From Eledone cirrhosa (taxonomy: Eukaryota), in assembly GCA_964016885.1 (NCBI GenBank), contig OZ024764.1:17174001-17238000 (forward strand): a stretch of DNA of 64,000 bases. The letters run 5' to 3'. Position numbers and translations under genes: made by a program. Positions 34,125 to 48,437 of this stretch are shown piece after piece. Positions within the stretch are counted from its first letter, which is position 1; each line of letters starts with the position of its first letter. The notes under the pieces were generated by a model, which was given only the letters and a program-made list of their open reading frames with translations, was not told where the DNA came from and did no database searches.

Positions 34125-35250
34125 ATTTCTTTTATTTGCCACTAGGGCATCAAAAGTGGGACAAGTACAAAGGGGGGAGTTTACACAAAAAGGCGTCCTC
34201 AATAAGGAGGAGGCAATAACAAAATATAAAAATAAAATAAGATATAACAAAAAATAAAATTTTTAACAAAATCCTCAATAGAGAGGAGGCGCCTTGGGGG
34301 GTCGCACACACCCCCGAAAAAAGTGTGCAACCCTTCTCCTCAGGAGCACAGAGAAGGGGTGCTCCCTTGGTCTTTCATCTTCCTCACCTATAGTCTGATG
34401 TAGAGTGAAGGCCCATTCACACGGGCCATTCTCGCCACTTTCACCCATCTTTCATAGAAACGACTGGGGTGCAGCACCTCTCTCTCCATCCTGATCCTTC
34501 TTCCGAAATGATATCGGAAGAAACGGACCAGTTGTTGGCCAGAGAGAAAGGCGCCCGACCTCAGTCCTTTCAGACGCGTCCACCATACAACCTCTTTCGC
34601 CATGGCTATTACGCACAGAAACACCGCCTCTGCTTCATCTTTGAAGGGGGGAGGCGGCTTGATCATTACAATAGACTCGGTGGTCAACCGGATCGGTCCC
34701 ACCCTTGACAGCAGTTGTTCGACATAGCCCCACAGATCCGCTACGCCCGAGCAGTGTACTAATGCGTGTGCAACGGTTTCCTCGTCGCACACGCATCTGG
34801 GACAGATCTTTTTGGCGGGGTCCCTACCCGGGCGCCCGTGTCTGTAGAGCCTTTCTCGAACGGGTAAAGCCCCTCGGTAGCACTGCCAGGCCAGGGACTT
34901 CTGGAAGTTGTCCATAGGTCCCGGGCTGAATGTCCTACCGAACAGGCTGGCCAGTTCGTCCTCCTCCATGTCTAGGGCTTCTCCGAGGGCGTCGTCGCAC
35001 CTGCTGCGTACCAGCCCTCTATAGAATGTTGCGGTGGAGTCTCCACTGATAACCGGATCCGCCTGCCAGAGGGCGGTGAGCGCCTGGGCACACTCAGTGT
35101 GCCAGGCGCCCAACTGCCTTGTTGGGACTTGCTGTACTGTTGGTTACTGCCTTGTTGGGACTTGCTGTACTGTTGGTTACTGCCTTGTTGGGACTTGCTG
35201 TATTGTTGGTTACTGCCTTGTTGGGACTTGCTGTACTGTTGGTTACTGCC
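34125..35250 (-). mobile_element. Tx1/L1-clade LINE 3' fragment (zf-RVT CCHC domain) with 36-bp tandem repeats at the truncated 5' end
   Basis: ORF 34388-35113 reads WQCYRGALPVRERL...CPRCVCDEETVAHALVHC...LW. Four copies of tactgccttgttgggacttgctgtactgttggt at 35113-35250. GATA repeats on both sides. Confidence 0.88.
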
Positions 35251-36951
35251 TTAGATAGATATAGAGATAGGTAGATAGATAGAGATAGATAGATAGATAA
35301 ATAGATATGTTTCTTTTATTTGCCACCAGGGCATCAAAAGTGGGACAAGTACAATAGATAGATAGATAAATAGATAGGTAGATAGATATAGGTAGATAGG
35401 TAGATATAGAGATAGATAGATAGATATAGAGATAGGTAGATATAGAGATAGATAGATAGATAGATAGATAGGTAGAGATAGGTAGATAGATATAGAGATA
35501 GGTAGATAGGTAGATAGGTAGATAGATATAGAGATAGGTAGATATAGAGATAGATAGATAGATATAGAGATAGGTATAGGTAGATAGATATAGATAGATA
35601 GATATAGAGATAGATATAGGTAGATAGATATAGATAGATAGATATAGAGATAGATAGATAGATATAGGTAGATAGATAGATAGGTAGATATAGAGATAGA
35701 TAGATAGATATAGAGATAGATAAATGTAGTATCTATGTGTGAGAGAAAGAAATAGGTGAGAACAGCCTATAATTACCTGTAAAGTCTTCAGTGTGTGAGT
35801 ATCAGTGTTATTGAGTGCACACACAGATATATACATATATATATATATATGTGTTTATTTGTGTGTGTGTCATATACATACACACACACTGTGTGTGTTT
35901 GTGTGTGTCTCACTGTCGCACACTGTGTGTGTGTGTGTGTTTGTGTCCTTGTGTGGTATATATGTGTGTGTCTGTGTTTGTGTATGTCTCACTGCCACAC
36001 ACTGTGTGTGTTTGTGTGTGTCTCACTGTCGCACACTCCGTGTGTGTGTCCTTGTAAATGTATGTGTGTGTGTCTCTGTGTATGTGTCCTTGTGTAGTAT
36101 GTGTGTGTGTATGTGTTTATTTGAGTGGGTTTGTGAGTGTGTTTGTGTATACCTCTCTCTATGTGTGTGTGTGTATATATACCTCTCTATGTGTGTGTGT
36201 GTGTGTATATATATACCTCTCTCTATGTGTGTGTGTGTGTGTGTGTATATATATACCTCTCTCTATGTGTGTGTGTGTGTGTGTATATATATACCTTTCT
36301 CTATGTGTGTGTGTGTGTATATATATACCTCTGTATTTATTTGTATGTGTATGCATACTAATGTTTATGTTTGTATGTATGTATGACTGTATATATATAT
36401 ACACACACAAGTGTATATATATATATATATACACACGAGTATGTATGTGTATATATATATATATGTATATGAGTGTATGCGTGAGGTTGTGTCTGTGTGT
36501 TTGATTATATGTCTCTCTGTGATAGTGTGTGTGTGTGTGACTGTGTATGTATGTGACTGACTGTGAGTGTGTGACAGTGTATGTGTGTGTATGTATGTGT
36601 CTGTGATAGTGTGTCTGTGTGTGTGTGAGTGTGTGTATGTCTGTGTGTGTGTGTATGTGACAGTGCCTGTGTATGTGTGACAGTGTCCCTGTGTGAGTGT
36701 GACAGTGTGTGTGTGTGTGTATGTCTGTGTGTGTGTGGATGTGACAGTGTCTGTGTGTGTGTATGTGTGTGTACAATTACTGGGTGTCCGTTCTTAGCTT
36801 ACCAAAACTCTCCAGACATGGATCTATCAGAATACCTGTGTATCATACAGAAAAGGTGAATACTTTTTGGCTGTTTTTCTCACCCACGCCCTCTCTATAT
36901 GCATGCTGCATGAATTTGTGCATACGGTGCACTTTATACATAGATATAAAT

Positions 36952-36982
<31 letters not shown>

Positions 36983-37007
36983 TGTTGGTAGGTAGATAGA
37001 TAGATGT

Positions 37008-37237
37008 GTTTCTTTATTAGCTACAGGGGCACAAAAGAAGGGGACAAATACAAAGGGGGGGAGTTTACATACAATAAAAACGTGTAAAATATTATCACAA
37101 ATGCAATTTAAAAATCAATCGATTTTCCCCAAAGGGGGGAGACATGACATATGGGTAACACATACCCCCGAAAAAATGTGCAACCCTCATCTCCAGGAGT
37201 ACGAAGAGTGAGTACTCCTTTCCTCTCTTCCTCTTCA
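37008..37237 (-). mobile_element. Tx1-like LINE 3' UTR fragment within (GATA)n
   Basis: Near-identical to 33700-33925. Confidence 0.78.
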
Positions 37238-37543
37238 TGCATGATGCATGAATTTGTGCATACGGTGCAATTATACATAGATAGATAGATAGATATGTTG
37301 GTAGGTAGGTAGGTAGATACACTGTTTGCTTCCCTGACATTTGTACATTATTCTATGTACTATACATGCACCTTTGATGAGTTGTAGTGCACCTGAGCAC
37401 TGTACACAATAATTTCATTATTATTATAGATAGATAGATAGATAGATATAGAGATAGATAGATAGATATATGTAGGTAGCTAAAGTGAAAGCTAGATAAA
37501 CAGATACTAGAGAGAGATTAGATAAGAATGGGGAAATGTTATA

Positions 37544-37608
<65 letters not shown>

Positions 37609-37721
37609 ATATGTATGTATATATTTATATCTGTGTACATATATATATATATGTGTGTGTATGTATATATTTATATCTGTGTATATATATATATATGTGT
37701 ATATGTATGTATATATTTATA

Positions 37722-37766
<45 letters not shown>

Positions 37767-37835
37767 ATGTATATATTTATATCTGTGTACATATATATAT
37801 GTGTGTGTGTGTATATGTATGTATATATTTATATC

Positions 37836-37884
<49 letters not shown>

Positions 37885-38577
37885 ATGTATACATATATAG
37901 GTATATGCATGTATATATATATATATATATATATGTGTGGGTGTGTATATATATATGTGTGTGTGTGTGTATATATGTGTGTGTATATATGTGTATATAT
38001 ATAATAATAATAATAATAATGAAATTATTGTGTAAAGTGCTCAGGTGCACTAAAACTCATCAATATAGTACATAGAACAGTATATATATATGTGTATATA
38101 TATATATACACGCACACACACACATGTGTGTGTATATATCTGTGTGTGTATATATGTGTATATATATATATATAAATATATATGTATATATATAAGAACA
38201 AAAGATGGTTAAAAGAGTTCCATGTATTTTATTATGCGCATCTTTTGTTCTTATATATCTTTTGTTCTTATATATTATGTATACTCCAGTCCTACAAACT
38301 GTAGAGTGCTTCTTATCCGATATCTGCATTGCTTTATTGTACTACAATAAAACTCACCTCCTACATTATATGTATATATATACACACGCACACACACATA
38401 TGTGTGTGTATATATCTGTGTGTGTATATATGTGTATATATATATATATATACCAAGGGCGGTGCCCCAGCATGGCCTCAGCCGGATGGCTGAAACAGGT
38501 AAAAGAGTATATGTGTATATATATATATATACACACGCACACACACATATGTGTGTGTGTATATATCTGTGTGTGTA

Positions 38578-38608
<31 letters not shown>

Positions 38609-38671
38609 GTGTATATATATATATACACACGCACACACACATATGTGTGTGTGTATATATCTGTGTGTGTA

Positions 38672-38702
<31 letters not shown>

Positions 38703-38980
38703 GTGTATATATATATATATACACACGCACACACACATATGTGTGTGTATGTATATATATATACACATACATACTTGAAAGGGGGATAGCATACAACTCA
38801 AAAGTTACAGGTTAAAAGTAAAAAAGTACCAAAGTATATTTAAAGATTATATTTTTCTTTAATCCGACAGAAAGAATAATTTTGTAATTGTTACATTAAA
38901 TACAACCAGTCTTGATTGGTATAAAGTCTTATCAGATACAGGGTAAGAGGGAAGACGGATGTTAAAATGACAATATATAT

Positions 38981-39011
<31 letters not shown>

Positions 39012-39012
<1 letters not shown>

Positions 39013-39097
39013 TTTACCTGCTTGCAAGGGTGGGATGGGTCCTATTCAGCACAGCATCTCTCCACTTGTCACGGTCCTTTGTCATCTCCTCCGTGAG
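39012..39097 (-). mobile_element. RTE LINE extreme 3' end
   Basis: cctgcttgcaagggtgggatgggtcctattcagcacagcatctctccac, preceded by (TCA)n. Confidence 0.8.
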
Positions 39098-39099
39098 TA

Positions 39100-40545
39100 T
39101 ACTATATATAAATTATATATACTCTATATATATATATACTGTGCATACATTATATATACCCTATATATACTGTGTATACATTATATATAATCTATATATA
39201 CTGTGTATACATTATATATACTCTATATATACTGTGTATACACTATATATACCCTATATATACTGTGTATACATTATATATACCCTATATATATACTGTG
39301 TATACACTATATATACTGTGTATACACTATATATACCCTATATATACTGTGTATACATTATATATACCCTATATATACTGTGTATACATTATATATACCC
39401 TATATATGCTGTGTATACATTATATATACCCTATATATACTGTGTATACACTATATATACCCTATATATACTGTGTATACACTATATATACCCTATATAT
39501 ACTGTGTATACATTATATATACCCTATATATACTGTGTATACATTATATATACACTATATATACTGTGTATACATTATATATACCCTATATATACTGTGT
39601 ATACACTATATATACCCTATATATACTGTGTATACATTATATATACCCTATATATGCTGTGCATACATTATATATACCCTATATATACTGTGTATACATT
39701 ATATATAATCTATATATACTGTGTATACATTATATATACTCTATATATATACTGTGTATACATTATATATACTCTATATATACTGTGTATACATTATATA
39801 TACCCTATATATACTGTGTATACATTATATATACACTATATATGCTGTGTATACATTATATATACCCTATATATACTGTGTATACACTATATATACACTA
39901 TATATACTGTGTATACATTATATATACCCTATATATACTGTGTATACATTATATATACACTATATATACTGTGTATACATTATATATACACTATATATGC
40001 TGTGTATACATTATATATACCCTATATATACTGTGTATACATTATATATACACTATATATGCTGTGTATACATTATATATATCCTATATATACTGTGTAT
40101 ACACTATATATACACTATATATGCTGTGTATACATTATATATACCCTATATATACTGTGTATACATTATATATACCCTATATATACTGTGTATACATTAT
40201 ATATACCCTATATATACTGTGTATACATTATATATACCCTATATATACTGTATATACCCTATATATACTGTGTATACATTATATATACTCTATATATATA
40301 CTGTGTATACATTATATATACACTATATATGCTGTGTATACATTATATATACACTATATATGCTGTGTATACATTATATATACACTATATATACTGTGTA
40401 TACACTATATATGCTGTGTATACATTATATATACCCTATATATACTGTGTATACATTATATATACCCTATATATACTGTGTATACACTATATATACACTA
40501 TATATGCTGTGTATACATTATATATACCCTATATATACTATATAT
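39100..40545. repeat. ~31-bp AT-rich minisatellite
   Basis: Unit ctatatatactgtgtatacattatatatacc. Confidence 0.9.
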
Positions 40546-40800
40546 GATGTCCAAGGGAAAGACAATGGCTGATACAGCTTGGCACCAGTGACATAACTTC
40601 TACAGCTGAGTAAACTGGAGCAACGTGAAGTAAAGTGTCTTGCTTAAGGACACAATGCATTATCTGGTCGAGGAATCGAACTCACAACCTCACGATTGCT
40701 GCATCAGTGGCCTGGTACTCTGCCCACCTGAGAATAAAAGGACCTCACCACAGGTTGTCCCCTTTACCATGAGTTGGCTGCAACTGGGTGGGTGGGGAGA

Positions 40801-41927
40801 CATCACATCACCACCACCACCACCACCACCACCGCCAACACCACCACCACCACCGCCAACACCACCACCACCGCCAACACCACCATCAACATCACCACCA
40901 CCACCACCACCACCATCACCACCACCAACATCACCACCACCACCACCACCAATACCACCACCACCACCACCACCACCACCACCACCAACACCACCACCAC
41001 CACCATCACCACTGCCACCACCGCCAACACCACCACCACCGCCAACACCACCATCAACATCACCACCACCACCACCACCACCACCATCACCACCACCAAC
41101 ACCACCACCACCACCACCACCACCACCACCACCACCGCCAACACCACCATCAACATCACCACCACCACCACCACCACCACCATCACCACCGCCACCACCA
41201 CCACCACCACCGCCAACACCACCATCAACATCACCACCACCACCACCACCACCACCACCACCACCGCCGCCAACACCACCATCAACATCACCACCACCAC
41301 CACCACCACCACCATCAACATCACCACCACCACCACCACCACCACCATCACCACCGCCACCACCATCACCACCACCGCCAACACCACCATCAACATCACC
41401 ACCACCACCACCACCACCACCATCACCACCACCACCACCACCACCACCATCACCACCGCCACCACCACCACCACCACCGCCAACACCACCATCAACATCA
41501 CCACCACCACCACCACCACCACCATCACCACCGCCACCACCACCACCACCACCGCCAACACCACCATCAACATCACCACCACCACCACCGCCGCCAACAC
41601 CACCATCAACACCACCACCACCACCACCACCACCGCCAACACCACCATCAACATCACCACCACCACCACCACCACCACCATCACCACCGCCACCACCATC
41701 ACCACCACCGCCAACACCACCATCAACATCACCACCACCACCACCACCACCACCATCACCACCGCCACCACCACCACCACCACCGCCAACACCACCATCA
41801 ACACCACCACCACCACCACCACCACCACCACCACCACCACCACCACCACCACTGCCACCACCGCCACCACCACCACCACCACCACCACCACCACCACCAC
41901 CACCACCACCACCACCACCACCACCAC
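40801..41927. repeat. (ACC)n-based compound trinucleotide tract with higher-order periodicity
   Basis: Recurring gccaacaccaccatcaacatcacc block within ACC repeats. Confidence 0.9.
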
Positions 41928-42211
41928 TGTGCCATATAGAAAAAGAAGGAAGGGGAAGAGAGATAAGAAGAAAAAGCAGGGAACTTGTGGAACACTGGAC
42001 ATGTTCTGAGCATATCAGGTAACTTCAGTGAAGCAAACTCCCTCAGCAAGTTATTTGAGGAGTGGGTGGAGGCTGAGGAGTGGGGGTGGGGGCTGAGGAG
42101 TGGGGGTGGGGGCTGAGGAGTGGGGGTGGGGGCTGCATTTAGGGGAATTCCCTGCTTTTTCTAAGAATTTCAAACCTACCCAATGCTCCAATAGTTTATA
42201 TACATGTATGC

Positions 42212-42268
<57 letters not shown>

Positions 42269-42315
42269 CATATATATATATCATCATCATCATCGTTTAA
42301 CGGGGTGTATTTTTG

Positions 42316-42353
<38 letters not shown>

Positions 42354-42444
42354 TCATTTTACATCCGTTTGTATGTATACATTTACACACAAGTTATATA
42401 TATTTATATATATATATGTATATCCATATATGTGTGTGTGTGTG

Positions 42445-42501
<57 letters not shown>

Positions 42502-42524
42502 CCATATATGTGTGTGTGTGTGTG

Positions 42525-42561
<37 letters not shown>

Positions 42562-43612
42562 CCATATATGTGTGTGTGTGTATGTATATGTATATATATA
42601 TATATATATATGTATATCCATATATGTGTGTGTGTGTATGTATATATATATATATATATGGACCCACCAGTCTGTTATCAAAGACTCTCTAGCTATTTTC
42701 AAATCACATGTAAACAGTAATATTGATAAGAAAACATCATATACATATATACATACAGTCAAGCATGTATGTATATATATATATATATACAGACACATAT
42801 GTATAGATATATATATGTGGTTGTGAATTTGAATTAGAAAAGAGAATAGAAATACATATATATACACATTTTAAAACAAATGTAATACATATATATAGTT
42901 AAATCCATTTATTCCTTTGTTTCATAAATGCTATATATATAATCATATAAATATATACATTTGGAAATTTCAAGTATATATAAATACCCTATGTGTATAT
43001 ATATATATATGTGTATATTAGAGTTGTGTTTGCCTTGGAAAGGATTTCATATGATACAGTTTGTTTTGGAAGGAAAGCAACCTCTATATATCTCGGGAGA
43101 GAGATTTTAAACATTTCAAAAAAGAGCAACACAGAAACCAAACAAACTTTTTGAAAGATACTTCTTATATTTCTTGGTAAATATATATATATTGGTATAT
43201 ATATATATATATTTGCATATATATATACATATACACTGGAATCTGTCTGTCTGTGTGTATATATATATATATAAATATATATATATTTATATATATACAT
43301 ATATATATATTTATTTTTCATATATACATATATTAATATATAAATATATAAATATTTATATATATACATATATATATTTATTTTTCATATATACATATTT
43401 ACATATATTAATATATATACATTAGCATTTACATACACATACACACACACATATATATATATGGGAGGGTAACTCTACACTACTCAACACACACACAGAC
43501 AAAACCATTTTATATTCAGCATTTTTGTCACACCCATTGCGACCTGGTCACTGACACAGTTCTACTTCTCAACCCTGGTTGAAATATTATATATACATAC
43601 ACATATATACAA

Positions 43613-43672
<60 letters not shown>

Positions 43673-44037
43673 GTGTTTGTATATACCCTCTAGAAATTGG
43701 ATAATTTTACCTTGAAAGGGATTGGATCGTGTTCTATCATAAATATATATGATCTTGTTATAACACACCTGTACACCTGTTTACCTGTTAACTGATTGTT
43801 TACCTGGTGATGGACTCTTTGTAAAGGTGAGATTGATTTTTTAGGGTCCAACATACTATATATAGTGTCGTCAAGTATGAAATTAATGTTATCTACATTC
43901 TTAGTTATTATAATTTTATTAGTTTTATCTTCATTTTTATTATCGTATATCCTTGTAAGACATTAGTGTATGTAAACTCCATATTCTTCAGAGTTTCTGG
44001 CTTGTATCTGCCGAAATTACTTCTTGTTGTTTTGATT

Positions 44038-44075
44038 GCCCTGATGAGTCCTTAATAGGACGAAACATTGTCGGC
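44038..44075 (+). ncRNA. minimal type I hammerhead ribozyme motif within a Penelope-like pLTR remnant
   Basis: gcc-CTGATGA-gtcc(ttaata)ggac-GAAA-cattg-TC-ggc, followed by aataaaa. GUC cleavage triplet at 44070-72. Confidence 0.78.
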
Positions 44076-44222
44076 TAATAAAAACTTTTGATGTATTAAA
44101 GGATTCTTTGTTTTACTCTCTTAATTTTTCGGCTCTGTTTAACTGCATTGAGCTATACCTTTTACTGTCATTTCTATAATACGAAGAGGGTGTTTGACTC
44201 AAACACGCTCCAGTATTCTAAT

Positions 44223-44310
<88 letters not shown>

Positions 44311-45241
44311 TCATCATCGTTTAACGTCCATCTTCCACGCATGGGAGGTCGGGTACTCGGCTACTCTGTATATATATATATGTACATACACATTTATAGA
44401 CACACACACACACATATATATGTATATATATATATGAGAGAGAGAGAGGTACTATATATATATATACACACTATATATATATATATATATATATTTCGTT
44501 TCTGAATTTGTTTAGCAAGATTCTTTATCTGAAAACGTGTGTTGAAACTGATATTGTTATACTTTGGGAGGGTCATGCTGCCAATAAGAAACACACGCAC
44601 CAGTTGCATGTGTTTCTTATTGGCAACATGACCCTCCCAAAGTATAACAATATATATATATATATATGTCTGTCAGCATTTGGTGCTACTGGTAACATGT
44701 ATCCCAGTACAACCTGTCTCATGGTCGAGTCGTTGGCGACTAAACTGGCAACCCCAGGACTAAAAACAAAACCTGTCAAAGGACAAAGGAGCTCTTAAGA
44801 GTCAATGGCCATCCAAAATCACCGGGAGAGATGACCCCTTAGCCTTTGTCAAGGCAGAATTCTAGGAGAAGGAAAACTCTGATATAACACCTGCAACCCT
44901 GATGGTATCCAATGATGTTGACTTGTTCTTCTTTTTGATAAATATCATCTTGGTTAAGAGAGCGGGACTGGCTTTGTGCAGTGCCTTTGCTCACTATAAA
45001 AGCTCCACGGCACAGGCATTGCTTTATATCTGGAGATCTCTCTGCACTTGTCATCACATGGTACCATGGGCCCAGCACTATGTGTCAATAATTGTCACAA
45101 GTGTAGTGTTTGTACCAGAGTTTTCAAGTCGCTGGCTGGACTAAAAAGTCACACTTGTTCAGCGCATCGGTAGGGGTTCTCCTACATGGATATAAAGTAG
45201 TGGCCGTACTCGAAAACGAGTTGGCAGCCACCATATATATA

Positions 45242-45310
<69 letters not shown>

Positions 45311-45776
45311 ATATATATATACATATACACATATAGTGTATTAGATAGATGTATGTATGTAGTAGTAGCTTAATTTTTGCAAATGGAGAATAGCTGACTT
45401 GAGGATCTTCTTAGGGTGGGTGTGGGGCAGGGGGGGGGGGGGCTACTTAAGAGGTTTTTTTTTTCCTGACTTTTGTCTTTTGACTGTCTACTTCTCATTG
45501 ACTTGTTTTAAGAGGAAGTGACCTCTTTCTGTCACATGCACTTGACCTCCGGAAATACCACCACCATCACCACCCACTGTTATCATCATCATCATCACCA
45601 TCAGCATCATTAGTATCACACAAAACCACCACTGCCACCAACCCTGCCAAAACCATCACTGTATGAATTATGTATATATATATGTGTGTATGTTTGTATA
45701 TATATATGTATGTATGTATATATATATATATGTATATATATATATGTATGTATGTATATATGTATGTATGTATCTG

Positions 45777-45841
<65 letters not shown>

Positions 45842-45933
45842 CTATGTATATATATATATGTGTGTATATATCTGTATATATCATCATCATCATCGTTTAA
45901 TATCCATCTGTCCATCTGCCACGCTAACATGTA

Positions 45934-45966
<33 letters not shown>

Positions 45967-46108
45967 TCATATATATACATATATATATATACATATATAT
46001 ACATATATATATATACATATATATACATATATATATATACATATATATACATATATATATATACATATATATATATATACATATATATACATACATATAT
46101 ATACATAT

Positions 46109-46143
<35 letters not shown>

Positions 46144-46148
46144 CATAC

Positions 46149-46213
<65 letters not shown>

Positions 46214-46362
46214 CATACATATATATATATATATACATACATATATATATATACATACATATATATATATATATACATACATATATATATATACATACAT
46301 ACATATATATACATACACATATATATATATATATACATACACATATATATATATATATACAT

Positions 46363-46405
<43 letters not shown>

Positions 46406-46472
46406 CACATATATATATATATACATACACATACATATATATATATATACATACACACATATATATATATAC

Positions 46473-46523
<51 letters not shown>

Positions 46524-46558
46524 CATACATATATATATACATACATATATATATATAT

Positions 46559-46618
<60 letters not shown>

Positions 46619-46700
46619 ATATATATATATATGTATGTATATATATATGTATGTACATATATATATATATATATATGTATGTATATATATATGTATGTAC

Positions 46701-46732
<32 letters not shown>

Positions 46733-46982
46733 ATATATATGTATGTACATATATATATACATATATATATACATATATATATACATATATATATACATAC
46801 ATATATATATATACATATATATATACATACATATATATATACATATATATATACATACATATATATATACATATATATATACATACATATATATATACAT
46901 ATATATATACATACATATATATATACATACATATATACATACATATATATATACATACATATATATATACATATATATACAC

Positions 46983-47052
<70 letters not shown>

Positions 47053-47060
47053 ATATACAC

Positions 47061-47100
<40 letters not shown>

Positions 47101-47772
47101 TTGTGTATAGATAGAAGTTCCCTTTCCTATCACAAGGTCCTGGGTCCTACCAAACCCTACATTTGTACTCCCTATAAATAACTATTTCTCCCAAACTAAC
47201 CCCTACATTAAACCCTGTCATTAAACCCCTACATTAAACCCTGTCATTTCTACATATAAACAGAACATTTATCTAATTAAATCCTAGAAATATGTTATTA
47301 AAATATCATTTTATCTTTAATCACTTCCACGTGCCCCTAATGTGATATGTCAAGTAATCTATATATATAAAACACAAATTGCTGTTTGTATAATTGTTAT
47401 GTGTGTGTGTATATGTATATGTATATATATATATGTAAATGTGATATGTCAAGTAATAATATATAAAACACAAATTGCCGTTTGTATAATTGTTATGTGT
47501 GTGTGTATATGTATATGTATATATATATATGTAAATGTGATATGTCAAGTATATGTATATGTATATATATATATATATGTAAATGTGATATGTCAAGTAA
47601 TAATATATAAAACACAAATTGCCGTTTGTATAATTGTTATGTGTGTGTATATGTGTATATGTATATATATATATATATGTAAATGTGATATGTCAAGTAT
47701 ATGTATATATATATATATGTATGTGTATATATGTATATATATGTATGTATATATATGTATATGTATATACAC

Positions 47773-47822
<50 letters not shown>

Positions 47823-47983
47823 ATATATGTATATATATGTATGTATATATATATATATATATGTATATACATATATGTATATATATATATATATGTGTAT
47901 ATATATATATGTATATATATATGTATATATGTATATATGTATATATATGTGTATATATATGTATATATGTGTATATATATATA

Positions 47984-48046
<63 letters not shown>

Positions 48047-48136
48047 GTATATATATATGTATATATATATGTATATATGTGTATATATATGTGTATATAT
48101 ATGTGTATATATGTACATATCTTATTCTCTCTGCAG

Positions 48137-48343
48137 TGCAAAATGTACAAGCGGTTGCCATGACAACAACACCAATTGCAGCCAGGGTGCACTAGCGTGT
48201 CCGTTTGATGCGGAGAGTTTGCACAAGCCCCTTCTTCACTCGGTGCAGCGTCGGTGCAATGTGTCAGTGCCAGTCTCAGCCAGCAGTGACTTCGGTGTGA
48301 ATGTAAACAACAACAACAACAACAGCAACAAGAACAACAACTG

Positions 48344-48374
<31 letters not shown>

Positions 48375-48401
48375 AAACGTTCTATTACTAAAAAGCTGAA
48401 G
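48137..48401 (+). other. candidate exon of an unidentified plus-strand transcript
   Basis: Strong ttctctctgcag acceptor and aag|gttcgt donor. One open frame (AKCTSGCHD...KRSITKKLK) with poly-Asn; GC-rich island among TA repeats; no recognisable domain. Confidence 0.35.
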
Positions 48402-48437
48402 GTTCGTATATATTTCTTCACTTTCTTCTTCTTCCAC

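Noticed and set aside
40640-42022. Extensin-like poly-Pro, mucin-like poly-Thr and poly-His ORFs
   Set aside because: All frames are open because of (ACC)n. The ORF start lies in a SINE remnant, and there is no signal peptide or domain.
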